NCBI GenBank assembly: GCA_963848305.1
Contig: CAWKDC010000001.1
Coordinates: 960,001 to 1,024,000 of the forward strand
Reading direction: 5' to 3'
Source of the DNA: an uncultured Gammaproteobacteria bacterium
GTDB lineage: Bacteria; Pseudomonadota; Gammaproteobacteria; JABCZS01
DNA length: 64,000 nucleotides
A model generated the notes under the pieces. It had not been told where the DNA came from. It worked only from the letters and a program-made list of their open reading frames with translations, and searched no databases. Both the position numbers and the translations under genes were made by a program. This document shows, piece after piece, positions 47,264 to 57,604 of the stretch (positions are counted from its first letter, which is position 1; each line of letters opens with the position of its first letter).

Positions 47264-48397
47264 TACTATTCCGCTATCACTGTACATTCACCTCCCGTGG
47301 TGCATTCAGAAATGTCCCTATTGTGATTTTAATTCATATGGCATCACGCAACACCCGATGAATGAAGCAGCATATGTGAAAGCGTTGTTATCAGATTTCA
47401 CTGAAACATTGCCACTGATATGGGCCGTCGTTTCGTGAGTATTTTTTTTGGCGGCGGCACACCGAGTTTATTTTCTGCCGAATCGATCGATGAGATTTTA
47501 ACGGGTATTGAAACGTTACTACCGTTCAGTCGCGAACATATTGAAATCACGCTGGAAGCAAACCCTGGCACATTTGAATATGAAAAATTCTCTGATTTTA
47601 AGTCGGCAGGAATCAATCGCATTTCATTGGGCGTGCAAAGTTTTGATGATCAGCAATTGAAAACATTAGGCCGCATCCATTCTGGTAGCAATGCAAAGGA
47701 AGCCGCACAGGCTTTGCGCAGGTTGAATTTGAATTTCAACATCGATTTAATGTATGGATTGCCTCGCCAAACAGTGGATGCTGCTTTACTTGATTTGGAA
47801 ACAGCCATTGCCTTTTCCCCCAATCATTTATCTTGGTACCATTTAACAATGGAACCGAATACCGTTTTTTACCGAAAACCCCCTGAAGGATTACCGACTG
47901 ATGATCATGTTGCAGATATCGAGGAAGCTGGGCGCGCGTATTTGCGTTCGAAGCAATTTTTTCAATATGAAGTCTCTGCGTATGCATTGAATGGTTTTGA
48001 ATCTGTGCACAATCTGAATTATTGGACATTCGGTGATTACGTCGGCATTGGTGCCGGTGCACATGGCAAAATAACGGATTTATCAACTTGCACGATCACA
48101 CGTTACACCAAACAGAAAATTCCCGCAAATTATTTAAACCCCGATGTACCCTTTACGAGTAGCACGCGTGTTTTAACACGAGATGAGTTGCCGGTTGAAT
48201 TCATGATGAATGCTTTACGCTTGAAAAATGGATTTGATTTAATCGATTTTGAATCACGCACAGGGTTGAGCCGTTCTGCCGTATTGCCTGTCTTGCAGCG
48301 TGCCGCGGACTCAGGCTTATTGATCATCACTGATCAACATGTACAGCCCAGTGAAAAGGGGTTTTTGTTTTTGAATGATTTGTTGGGGTTGTTTTAA
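47247..48397 (+). CDS. hemW: Radical SAM heme chaperone, apparent frameshift at ~47423
   Basis: LYIHLPWCIQKCPYCDFNS in one frame. FFGGGTPS, TLEANP, RISLGVQS and HN.NYW in the next. rdgB-hemW synteny. Confidence 0.93.
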
Positions 48398-48429
48398 TGA
48401 AAAGGGCAGCCCCTACACCTAATGACGCA

Positions 48430-48452
48430 ACAAAGCCCTTTAGAAAAGGGCG
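48430..48452 (-). terminator. Intrinsic terminator downstream of pyrB
   Basis: Minus strand GCCCTTT-TCT-AAAGGGC followed by TTTGTT. Confidence 0.55.
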
Positions 48453-48457
48453 CAGCT

Positions 48458-49393
48458 TCATTTTAACAGCATCGCCAACACAGCCATTCTCACGGCCAAT
48501 CCGTAGGTGACTTGTTTTAAAATCAAGGATTGGGCGCTGTCGGCGACTTCGCTGGCAATTTCCACTTCGCGGTTGATCGGGCCGGGATGCATCACTATCG
48601 CGTCTTTATTCGCGTGGCGCAAACGATCGAGTGTGATCCCAAATTGTTTAAAATATTCGGCTGGATCTATATTCAAACGATCCATGCGTTCGTGTTGAAC
48701 ACGCAGCGTGATGATCACATCAGTGCCGGTGATCCCGGTTTGTAAATCAGTAAAACAACGTGCATGCTTTGACAGCGGTTGCTCGGGCATCAATTCAGCG
48801 GGGGCAACCAAATGAAGTGCTTTCACGCCCATGGCTTCTAATCCCGCGACTTGTGAGCGTGCGACGCGTGAATGTAAAATATCCCCGACAATCGCGACGG
48901 TTAATTGCGACACATCGCCTTTGTGTCGACGGATCGTCAGTAAGTCTAATAAAGCTTGCGTGGGATGCGCATGCGCACCATCTCCCGCATTCAATACCAC
49001 TCGGGTATCATCGAGTGAGGCCAAATACTCGGCAGTCCCTTCTTTGGGATGACGCACGACAATTGCATCACATTGCATGGCGAGCATGGTTAAGTAGGTG
49101 TCTTTGATGGATTCACCCTTTTGTGTGGAGGACTGCTCAATGTCCAAATTGATCACCCAAGCGCCCAATTTTTTCGCGGCCAACTCGAAGGTACTGCGCG
49201 TACGAGTGCTCGGTTCAAAAAATAAATTCGCGACCGTTTTGCCTTCCAATAATTTGGGGCCACTGACGCGCCCATCGGGACCAATGAAAGATTCGGCTTT
49301 GTCTAAAATCCGGTTGATCAGCGCTTTGTCCAACCCATCCATGCTCAATAAATGTTTGAGATTGCCTTGTTGATCGAATTGTGAAGATTTCAT
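48458..49393 (-). CDS. pyrB: Aspartate carbamoyltransferase catalytic subunit
   Basis: FFEPSTRT, NAGDG...HPTQALLD, GDILHSRV and MHPGP motifs. Confidence 0.97.
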   Translation of the reverse strand: MKSSQFDQQGNLKHLLSMDGLDKALINRILDKAESFIGPDGRVSGPKLLEGKTVANLFFEPSTRTRSTFELAAKKLGAWVINLDIEQSSTQKGESIKDTYLTMLAMQCDAIVVRHPKEGTAEYLASLDDTRVVLNAGDGAHAHPTQALLDLLTIRRHKGDVSQLTVAIVGDILHSRVARSQVAGLEAMGVKALHLVAPAELMPEQPLSKHARCFTDLQTGITGTDVIITLRVQHERMDRLNIDPAEYFKQFGITLDRLRHANKDAIVMHPGPINREVEIASEVADSAQSLILKQVTYGLAVRMAVLAMLLK

Positions 49394-49827
49394 CAGTAAA
49401 ATTCCTCCAGCCATGCTTCCAATAAAATTTTCGCTGCAACAGCATCAATCGATGTTTTTTTCAACGCCTTATATCCACCAGATTCAAATATTCGCGCGCG
49501 CGCTTCCACCGTGGTTAACCGCTCATCCACTCCAAACACCGGCAAACCGCATTTGTCCTTCAGCTTGTCGATGAAAGCACGCGCATTCAGCGTCATTTTT
49601 TGCTCAGTGCCATCCATATTCAGAGGCACACCAACGACCAATGCCTTCGGACGCCACTTCTTGATCATTGATTCCAACAAATCCCAGCGCGGCTCGCCAT
49701 TCTCCGCGGGGATCATGCCTTCAGGATGCGCCGTTTTCGTGACCGTTTGACCGACAGCCACGCCGATGCGCTTCAACCCGAAGTCGAAGGACATGATGAT
49801 ACCTTGTGGTTTAAGCGTGTCCGACAT
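49393..49827 (-). CDS. ruvX: Pre-16S rRNA nuclease / Holliday junction resolvase YqgF
   Basis: FDFGLKRIGVAVG, VVG.PLNMDG, DERLTT and IDAVAA motifs. Confidence 0.96.
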   Translation of the reverse strand: MSDTLKPQGIIMSFDFGLKRIGVAVGQTVTKTAHPEGMIPAENGEPRWDLLESMIKKWRPKALVVGVPLNMDGTEQKMTLNARAFIDKLKDKCGLPVFGVDERLTTVEARARIFESGGYKALKKTSIDAVAAKILLEAWLEEFY

Positions 49828-50382
49828 CGTATGATAAATAATTGAAATCAATACCCATAAGGGCAGCGGCCATCGTCCAGCGATCAAACGAGGGGCAATC
49901 AAATAAAATGCTGGGGGAAGCAGGCATGGTCAGCCAAACATTGTCAGCAATTTCTTGCTCCAACTGACCCGGCTGCCATTTGGCACAACCAAAGCACACC
50001 AGCGATTCTTCCAGGGGCCATGGCCATTGGCTAAATCGTGCAGCATGTCTTGCGAGGTGGTAAATGCCAGAGATTCACCAATTGAGCGCGTATTTGCCCA
50101 ATGACCAATGGAGCGATGCACCACAAACCCTTTCTCACGTTCACAAGGCCCACCCCATAAAATGGGTGAGTTCAAGGTGCGATTGTCGCTGGATTTGGAG
50201 AGATGCCCCATGAAGCTGAGGATATCTGCTAACGATATTTGCATGTGCTTATTGATCACCAAACCCATTGCGCCAGCGCGATTGTGTTCACAGATCAGTA
50301 CGACTGAATGTTCAAAACGTGGATCATCCATAGTGGGCATGGCGACCAATAAATGATTGCTCAAATACATTGCGTGTGACAT
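49811..50382 (-). CDS. YqgE/AlgH family protein, apparent frameshift near 50012
   Basis: LVAMP...DP.F..SVV.ICEH...GAMGLVIN and GGP. The C-terminal W..GQLE.EI..N.WL...VGHA is in another frame. Confidence 0.92.
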
Positions 50383-50394
50383 TTTCGAGATCTC

Positions 50395-51660
50395 CTATTC
50401 TATTGCAGACAACACCCGCCCAAGCACTCCCTGCTCGGACTGCAAATACGCCGTGGCGGCGCTGATGCGCGCCATGCGTAACGATTGGTCGCTCCATAAC
50501 TGCAGCACAGCTTGGGCCAATGCCTCAGGTGTTTCCACCACGGCCATGGCACCCCTAGCCTGCAATGCATCCGTCACTGTTTTAAAATTGTGCAAATAAG
50601 GACCCGTTAAGATCGCACAATCCATTTGAGCGGCCTCCAACACATTATGCCCACCTACCGGCACCAAACTACCACCAATCATGGCAACAAACACCGCACC
50701 ATAATACGCTAACACTTCGCCCATGGTATCACCTAAATAAACCTGTGTCTGCAAGCCAATGCCCTCGCCGAGGCTACGCCTTTGTACCTGAAACCCTTCA
50801 GACATACACAGATCATACACGGTATCAAAACGCTCAGGGTGTCGAGGAACTAAAATCAAAACGGCTTTGGGAAATTTTTTCAAAATGATTTGAAAAGCAG
50901 ATAACACAATATCTTCCTCGCCTTCATGCGTACTCGTGGCAGCAAATGCAGGCCTATCACCCAACATATGACGCAACACTTCCGCGGTTTCTTTGAGGGA
51001 TTGCGGCACATCTGCATCGCATTTTAAATTACCTGTCACCGTGATGTTGGCTAAAGGAACACCCAGCGCAATGAGCCGATCAGCATCACTCTGCCCCTGC
51101 GCACAAATATGCGTGACGCAATCTAGCACGGGCTTAAAAAACCATCGCCATTGCTGATACCCTTTAAAGGATTTTTCAGACAGACGCGTATTGACCATGT
51201 ATAAGGGGATCCCTCGAGCATGAATGGCGTGGAATAAATTCGGCCACCACTCGGTTTCCATGATGATCACTTTGCTCGGCTTCAACACATCGAGAAAACG
51301 TTCGACAGCAAATGGATAATCGTAGGGCAAATACAAATGTGTCACCCGCTGATCGAATAAACGTTGCCCACACTCAAGACCTGTCGGCGTCATGTGGGTG
51401 AGAATGATGGAGTGCCCCTGTTTTAATAAGGCTTCAATCAGAGGTGCGGCTGCCATGGTTTCACCGACAGACACCGCGTGAATAATGATGGCACCGGTTG
51501 GGAATGATTCATCCCCAAAAATGGCCAAACGTTGTGATATGCCAGAATAATAACCGCTGCAACGGTGGCCGCGCCATAATAAACGCAAAAAGACAAATGG
51601 CAGTAATAGCCACAATAAGCCTCGGTATATCCATATTCCCCAGTGGGATTTTTTATCCAT
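50395..51660 (-). CDS. waaA: Kdo transferase
   Basis: [33 protein letters not shown] and GGSLV..GGHN motifs. Confidence 0.96.
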   Translation of the reverse strand: MDKKSHWGIWIYRGLLWLLLPFVFLRLLWRGHRCSGYYSGISQRLAIFGDESFPTGAIIIHAVSVGETMAAAPLIEALLKQGHSIILTHMTPTGLECGQRLFDQRVTHLYLPYDYPFAVERFLDVLKPSKVIIMETEWWPNLFHAIHARGIPLYMVNTRLSEKSFKGYQQWRWFFKPVLDCVTHICAQGQSDADRLIALGVPLANITVTGNLKCDADVPQSLKETAEVLRHMLGDRPAFAATSTHEGEEDIVLSAFQIILKKFPKAVLILVPRHPERFDTVYDLCMSEGFQVQRRSLGEGIGLQTQVYLGDTMGEVLAYYGAVFVAMIGGSLVPVGGHNVLEAAQMDCAILTGPYLHNFKTVTDALQARGAMAVVETPEALAQAVLQLWSDQSLRMARISAATAYLQSEQGVLGRVLSAIE

Positions 51661-52591
51661 GACGCATGCTTTCAAGATATGATGTGACACCCTCTTCCAC
51701 TGTTGCGAATGGTGCTTGATACCCTGCCGCACGCAATGCGGTGATATCGGCTTCGGTAAAACTTTGGTAACGACCCTTCAAGTGTTCAGGAAAACGAATG
51801 TATTCGATGCTGCCCTTACCATGAAACGCAATCACGCTGCGCGCGATGTCGTTGAAGGTTTGACTACGCCCTGTACCACAATTAAAAATGCCTGATGTCT
51901 TGGGATGAGCCCAAAACCATAAATTGACTTTCACGACATCGTCGACATAAATAAAATCCCGGCGCTGTTCGCCATTCCCGTATCCATCACACCCTTCAAA
52001 TAATTTGACAGTGCCGGTTTCAAGGATTTGTTGGTGGTGATGAAACGCCACACTCGACATCGTGCCTTTATGCTGTTCATGTGGCCCATACACATTGAAA
52101 TAACGCAGCCCAACAATTTGGCTTTTCGCCGTCGGCAATAGTGTGCGGACATATTGATCGAATAAAAATTTGGAATAACCATATACATTTAATGGTTTTT
52201 CATATTCGAGTGATTCTTTGAACACGCTGCCACCGCCATAAACCGCTGCGCTGGATGCGTAAATAAAGGGGATGTTTGAATCTAAACAAAAATGCAACAA
52301 TACTTTCGAAAATTCATAATTGTTTTCCATCATGAATTTGCCATTCCATTCTGTTGTGTCAGAACAAGCTCCTTCATGAAAAATCACATCGATTTTTTCT
52401 TCATTGAATTCGAGGTAATCAAAAAAGTCGTCTTTGTCGATATAATCGGCAATCTTCAGATCAACAAGGTTCACAAATTTTTTGCCATCCGTTAAATCAT
52501 CGACGACAACAATATCTGTTCGTCCCATCCCGTTCAAACCTTTCACGATTTGACTGCCAATAAACCCTGCGCCACCGGTGACAATGATCAT
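51653..52591 (-). CDS. hldD: ADP-L-glycero-D-manno-heptose 6-epimerase
   Basis: [33 protein letters not shown] and YQSFTEAD motifs. Confidence 0.98.
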   Translation of the reverse strand: MIIVTGGAGFIGSQIVKGLNGMGRTDIVVVDDLTDGKKFVNLVDLKIADYIDKDDFFDYLEFNEEKIDVIFHEGACSDTTEWNGKFMMENNYEFSKVLLHFCLDSNIPFIYASSAAVYGGGSVFKESLEYEKPLNVYGYSKFLFDQYVRTLLPTAKSQIVGLRYFNVYGPHEQHKGTMSSVAFHHHQQILETGTVKLFEGCDGYGNGEQRRDFIYVDDVVKVNLWFWAHPKTSGIFNCGTGRSQTFNDIARSVIAFHGKGSIEYIRFPEHLKGRYQSFTEADITALRAAGYQAPFATVEEGVTSYLESMRHG

Positions 52592-54009
52592 TCTGCAGCC
52601 TCTCTTTGCGTGATAATTCTTTCGACCAAACCAGTCGTGGAACAACCGGGTTTGAAGGGTAATATGATCACTTCGCCCCCGGCTTTCAATACAGCTTCAT
52701 GGCCTGCAATGTCTTCAACAGCATAATCGCCGCCTTTGACCAAAACATCCGGCAACACGGCTTCAATCAGTGCAGCTGGCGTGTCTTCCGTAAAAGACAC
52801 AACCCAAGAAACCGCGCTCATCGCAGCCAAAATGCTCATGCGATCAGCCACTGTATTCAGGGGACGGGTGCTGCCCTTTAAACGACGAACTGAATTATCG
52901 TCATTCACAGCGATGATCAATTCATCACCCAAGTTTTTTGCCTGCGTTAAATATTGCACATGCCCCGCATGCAGGATATCGAAACAACCATTCGTCATCA
53001 CAACGCGTTTGCCCGCTGCTTTTGCGCGAGACACCGCTTGCAAGAGTTGTTCCTTCATCACAATCTTATCGATGCTGGCATAAGACAAGGCGTGATTGAG
53101 TTCTTCATGAGAAACTGTGGCGGTACCTAATTTTGCCACCACTAACCCGGCTGCAATATTGGCCCATTGCGCAGCTTGAGCCATTGTCACACCGCCCGCC
53201 ACCGCAGTGGCAAATACTGCCAATACGGTATCCCCCGCGCCTGTCACATCATACACTTCACGTGCAGTGGCTTTGAAGAACAACATGCTTTCGCGTGTGA
53301 TCAACACCATGCCTGCTTCACCACGCGTGATCAGCAGGGCTTCCAATGCGTGAGCATTGATCAGGCCGCGGGCTTTCTCAAGCATGTCATCGTCAGATGA
53401 GACTGGCCCAACCGCTTGCTCAAATTCTTTCCAATTGGGCGTGATCACATGCGCGCCATGATAATGCGCATAATTTGATATTTTAGGATCGACAAAAACA
53501 AATTTCTGATGTTCTTTTGCCACAGCAATCAGCTGAGCGGCATTCGCCAAAACCCCTTTACCGTAATCAGAAAATACCACCAAATCAACGTCGAGATGAG
53601 ATTCAAACACAGACAACAAGGCACCATCCAACACCTGCGCGGGTTGTTGTTCTTCAAAATCCAAGCGGATCAGTTGTTGATGGTGGCTTAATACACGCCA
53701 TTTTAAGGTGGTCGGTGCATCAGTGGTGATGGGAAAAAATTGAATGCCCTTCTCTTCGAGTTGTTGTTGAAGGGTGATGGCAGCTTCGTCGCGGCCGACG
53801 GCGCCAATCAAGGTCACCTTGGCGCCCAATGCTGCAATGTTCATGGCCACGTTGGCGGCTCCGCCCGGAACCTTCCGCTGCCCTTTCACCTTCACCACTG
53901 GCACAGGTGCTTCAGGAGAAATGCGGGTTGCCTGCCCATCCCAATAACAATCGAGCATCACGTCGCCCACAACGAGAACGTGTTTATCAGAAAAATCAAT
54001 CAGTTGCAT
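52588..54009 (-). CDS. hldE: Bifunctional heptose 7-phosphate kinase / heptose 1-phosphate adenylyltransferase
   Basis: [30 protein letters not shown] and KGGDY motifs. Confidence 0.98.
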   Translation of the reverse strand: MQLIDFSDKHVLVVGDVMLDCYWDGQATRISPEAPVPVVKVKGQRKVPGGAANVAMNIAALGAKVTLIGAVGRDEAAITLQQQLEEKGIQFFPITTDAPTTLKWRVLSHHQQLIRLDFEEQQPAQVLDGALLSVFESHLDVDLVVFSDYGKGVLANAAQLIAVAKEHQKFVFVDPKISNYAHYHGAHVITPNWKEFEQAVGPVSSDDDMLEKARGLINAHALEALLITRGEAGMVLITRESMLFFKATAREVYDVTGAGDTVLAVFATAVAGGVTMAQAAQWANIAAGLVVAKLGTATVSHEELNHALSYASIDKIVMKEQLLQAVSRAKAAGKRVVMTNGCFDILHAGHVQYLTQAKNLGDELIIAVNDDNSVRRLKGSTRPLNTVADRMSILAAMSAVSWVVSFTEDTPAALIEAVLPDVLVKGGDYAVEDIAGHEAVLKAGGEVIILPFKPGCSTTGLVERIITQREAAE

Positions 54010-54034
54010 GAGGTTTCCTGTCTGTAGGCCTGGT

Positions 54035-54530
54035 TCAATTCAGCGGCTGCTTATGATAGCACACCTCCTGCCCAGAATGGAATGAGCCAGTCGCCCATAT
54101 CTTGTAATGAATCGCCCACAATATCTGTACCAAAGCCACAGAAATACAAATGGTTACCCATGGGTCGCCGTCTGACAACGCATTATCCCACGGACCGAAA
54201 AGTGAGCGTCAGCATGAGCGGTGGAACAACCAATAATGGAAACCGTGTGATCAGCATGGCTGTTTTTTGGCTGATGCTCTCGGTGTCTTTCCAAACTGTC
54301 CAATAGCCTTTGATCACAGCACTGTTGGGAGAAGATTGAAACTGACGCCGCATGGCTTCTTTTTTGAGCAATGCTGCATAAGACAACATCGCAACAGCCA
54401 TCGTCATGGGGATGGCTGAGCCCTCTCCGTCCATCCATACCCATGTGGAAAATGACCATAAAACGCTCGAGCTAACGATGATGAAATGATGGGCGCCATC
54501 GCGCGCCCAATCGGGGACGGATTGAAACAT
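54035..54530 (-). CDS. Hypothetical ~4-TM membrane protein (ORF 54183-54530, probably extending to 54035 across a G-run frameshift)
   Basis: AGGCAGG RBS and hydrophobic segments. The alternate frame after GTGGGATAA continues DNALSDGDPWVTICISVALVQILWAIHYKIW to TGA at 54035. Confidence 0.5.
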
Positions 54531-54556
54531 AAAGACCTGCCTATTTATTATTTTTG

Positions 54557-54910
54557 TTATGAATGCTTGAGTACAAGCATATCGAGCGGAATATTAAGCC
54601 CTTCCGCAATATTTTTCAAGACATTTTTGCTGCCCGAACGAATATGATGCTCGAGTTGAGATAAATAAGGCACACTGATCTGCGCCACCTTTGCTAAGGC
54701 CGCTTGAGATAACCCTCGATACTCACGCCAAACCCGAATAGGACTTTCCCCTTGTGCAATCCGAGCAGCAAATCGCTCGGGCAACAGTGCAACCGGTGTG
54801 GCTTGCGGCTGTTTGGCCAAGAAGATCAGTTTTAAATATTCACCATAAGGCAGTACAGCCCACTGGGGTTCGCCTGAGGAGGGAATAAATTGCACGTCAT
54901 TTAACGCCAT
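54557..54910 (-). CDS. XRE-family HTH regulator, antitoxin-like
   Basis: N-terminal VQFI...GEPQWAVLPY.EY and C-terminal PIRVWREYRGLSQAALA....IS..YLSQLE. Confidence 0.88.
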   Translation of the reverse strand: MALNDVQFIPSSGEPQWAVLPYGEYLKLIFLAKQPQATPVALLPERFAARIAQGESPIRVWREYRGLSQAALAKVAQISVPYLSQLEHHIRSGSKNVLKNIAEGLNIPLDMLVLKHS

Positions 54911-54933
54911 ACCATTCCCGTAGGGAGATTTTC

Positions 54934-54966
54934 AGAAAAAGACCCCCCGCCTTGTGGGAGGGGGGT
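54934..54966 (-). terminator. Intrinsic terminator ending the leader RNA upstream of the XRE gene
   Basis: Minus strand ACCCCCCTCCC-ACAA-GGCGGGGGGT-CTTTTT. Confidence 0.75.
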
Positions 54967-55085
54967 AAGCATGTCAATCTCCACTTGACATTCGTATCGG
55001 CACCAACCGACTTCAGACATGCTGAACCTCAACCATTGCAATAAGTACACTACCAGCCCAAGGTGTGTGGCTTCACTGCTTCACA
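54934..55085 (-). ncRNA. Candidate ~150 nt structured small RNA or attenuator leader
   Basis: Bounded by a clear promoter and terminator. Several hairpins and no convincing ORF with an RBS. Confidence 0.45.
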
Positions 55086-55089
55086 CATT

Positions 55090-55141
55090 AATATTAGCAT
55101 ACAGCTAATATTTGTCAAGAGGTATTAGCATATTGCTAATA
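55090..55141 (-). promoter_or_regulatory. sigma70 promoter overlapped by two palindromic operators TATTAGC-N5-GCTAATA
   Basis: AATATTAGC-ATACA-GCTAATATT (55090-55112) and TATTAGC-ATATT-GCTAATA (55123-55141). Minus strand TTGACA (55118-55113), 16 bp spacer, TG-n-TAATAT. Confidence 0.8.
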
Positions 55142-55200
55142 TACACAAATTGCGGGAAATGCGGTATTGTGGGGGCGATTCAACATGGACGAGGACTGAC

Positions 55201-56688
55201 ATGACCTACCTACCGCTTTTCGACAAAGACTGTCGGTTTTTTCTTGCGATCACCAGCTTCATCCTCACGGTGCTATTAGGGTGGGATGCGGTCATCAATA
55301 AGGACGCGGTGTTGTACCTCACGCAAGCGTGGTTGATCGGCGAAGGTGACTGGGTTCGTGCCGCAAGTGTGTACCCATGGCCGGGTTACTCTGCCCTGAT
55401 TGCCTGTATTCAAGCACTGGGTCCCTCGCTCGAGCATGCAGCTGTTTTGATCAATGCCAGTTTTTATGCCCTGCTCGTGGCTGGATTTGTCAGCGTGATC
55501 AAACAAATGGGCGGAAACAATGCCATTCAATGGTTAGCCGGCATTACAGTGCTGATTTATCCGATCATCAATGGATACCGAGAGAGTATTATTCGGGATG
55601 TGGGCCTGTGGGGCATGATGTTCTGGGGCATTTATGCATTGGTGCGTTTTCATGAGAAACGCCAATGGCGTGATGTATGTTTGTGGGCCCTCACCATGGG
55701 CATTGCGTTTATGTTTCGCGTCGAAGCAATCGTCTTGATTGGTCTCGCTCCTTTTGGATTATTGCTGATCAAACCACGACGCTCTGTTTGGGACATGCTC
55801 CATTTTCAATCTGTATTTCTAGTCGCGATGTTTTCAGCGCTGATCTTCATCATGATAACAGGCAAGGTAGCTTGGTTGAGCCGTCTGCATGAATTGCCGC
55901 AATATCTCGTCATGCTGAGGGATGTCGGCGATGATTATATGAATCGCGCACATCAAATAACCACGGTATTTTCGTCGGAACTCGAACGTAAATATGGTGC
56001 CATCGCATTATTCGGCGCAAGCTTGGCGATCATCGTTTTTATTTGGGTTAAAGTGGTGACACCTTTTTATCTAGCGCTAGCAGGCTTGGCCGTTTCTCAA
56101 CACCTGATGGGTGATTCACTGGCAAAACGCTATATCCTGATGTTCATTGGCATCAGCGCAACCATTGTCATCATGTTCTTCCTAAAACGTTATTTTTTGA
56201 CCAGCCGTTACCTCGTCATGCTGAGCTTATTATGCATCACGCCTGTTCCCTTTGCCATTCATGCAATTGCCAATGCCCGCGGCAACGGCACATGGATGGG
56301 AAAACAATTTGTCTTCCCACTGATGGTACTGATACTCGTTGGCATGGCCATATCTGGTGTGATCCAACTCGGTGATAAAAAAATATATTTGCGTGATGCA
56401 GGAGAATGGGTGCATCAGCATGTCAGACCGGATACACAAATCTATATCAGCGATACACGGGTCGCTTATTATGCAAAGCGTTTTGATGTGCTGTTGAAAA
56501 AGCCTAAAATTTCCCTAGACGAGGCGATAAAAGGGGGATTCACAACGGAAAAGATTGTGGTTGTGTATCATGATGATCGCACGTCGAATGTGAATGCTTA
56601 TCTCGCTCAATTGGATGATCGGTATGAACAAATCCCATTTAATGATTCAACAGGCCGGGGCGTGATGGTGGTGATCAAGAAGCAATGA
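55201..56688 (+). CDS. Polytopic membrane glycosyltransferase (GT-C / PMT-ArnT-like)
   Basis: IN.DAVLYL, WP.YS.L, IIRD.G.W and FRVE motifs, about 12 TM segments, LPS-cluster location. Confidence 0.7.
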   Translation: MTYLPLFDKDCRFFLAITSFILTVLLGWDAVINKDAVLYLTQAWLIGEGDWVRAASVYPWPGYSALIACIQALGPSLEHAAVLINASFYALLVAGFVSVIKQMGGNNAIQWLAGITVLIYPIINGYRESIIRDVGLWGMMFWGIYALVRFHEKRQWRDVCLWALTMGIAFMFRVEAIVLIGLAPFGLLLIKPRRSVWDMLHFQSVFLVAMFSALIFIMITGKVAWLSRLHELPQYLVMLRDVGDDYMNRAHQITTVFSSELERKYGAIALFGASLAIIVFIWVKVVTPFYLALAGLAVSQHLMGDSLAKRYILMFIGISATIVIMFFLKRYFLTSRYLVMLSLLCITPVPFAIHAIANARGNGTWMGKQFVFPLMVLILVGMAISGVIQLGDKKIYLRDAGEWVHQHVRPDTQIYISDTRVAYYAKRFDVLLKKPKISLDEAIKGGFTTEKIVVVYHDDRTSNVNAYLAQLDDRYEQIPFNDSTGRGVMVVIKKQ

Positions 56689-57604
56689 CTTTCTGCAAGC
56701 CCTCACGCAACATCATCATCGGCTCATACCCACACAGCATTTTGGCACGTTCAATATTGGCACAGGAATGCATGATATCTTCCGGGCGCCAGGGTTGATA
56801 ATGTGGTTCCTGTTTGATGTTCAAGGTGTCACAAAGTGCATGAAATAACGTATTCAGTGATACAGGTTTGCCTGTGCCAATATTCAATACATGATCGCCC
56901 TCTGGCAAATGTTGCAATACATCCATCGCGTGTAATACATTGTCTATATGGCAAAAATCACGGGTCGCCGAACCATCGCCGTAAATGATGGGTTGTTTGC
57001 CGGCACGCAAGGCATCAATCCACAACGGAATCACGGCCGCGTAACTGCTTTGAGCATTTTTGCTGGTGCCAAACAAATTAAAAAAACGCAAGCCAATGCA
57101 AGTCATGCCAGGATGCTTGATTTCCTGAACCGCATTTTCATTATCCAGCTTTGTTTTACCATAGACACTGATCGGTTTTGCGGGATCTGTTTCTGAGATA
57201 AAATTCTTTTGTGTATTGCCATAAACAGCGCTAGATGATGCATAAATAAATTGTTTCACCCCTGATTGATGTGACAGTTTTAGCAACATATTGAAACCCT
57301 CGACATTCACGCGTCGTGCCAAATCAGGGTTGCTTTCACACAAAGGAACTGACACCACAGCCGCCAAATGGACGACATGTGAAGGGCGATAGATTTCAAA
57401 CACGTCTTTCATGCACGTATCACCAATATCCTGTTCAACCCAATGAAACCGATCATGTTGTAATAAATCGTCAACATTATTGAGGGTGCCCACAAATAAA
57501 TTGTCAACACCACACACCACATAACCCCGTTTCAACAAATCACGACAAACATGTGCACCGACGAAACCTGCTGCACCTGTCACCAGCCATGTCATGGGAT
57601 TCAT
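56675..57604 (-). CDS. NAD-dependent nucleotide-sugar epimerase (WbpP/GalE-like SDR)
   Basis: VTGAAGFVG, HLAA..SVP, YASSSAVYG, YGKTK and YAAVIP.W motifs. Confidence 0.9.
   Translation of the reverse strand: MNPMTWLVTGAAGFVGAHVCRDLLKRGYVVCGVDNLFVGTLNNVDDLLQHDRFHWVEQDIGDTCMKDVFEIYRPSHVVHLAAVVSVPLCESNPDLARRVNVEGFNMLLKLSHQSGVKQFIYASSSAVYGNTQKNFISETDPAKPISVYGKTKLDNENAVQEIKHPGMTCIGLRFFNLFGTSKNAQSSYAAVIPLWIDALRAGKQPIIYGDGSATRDFCHIDNVLHAMDVLQHLPEGDHVLNIGTGKPVSLNTLFHALCDTLNIKQEPHYQPWRPEDIMHSCANIERAKMLCGYEPMMMLREGLQKVIAS

Noticed and set aside
54934-55085. Identification as 6S RNA or an RsmY/RsmZ-type RNA
   Set aside because: No long closing stem or ygfA neighbour for 6S, and no repeated GGA loops for Rsm RNAs.
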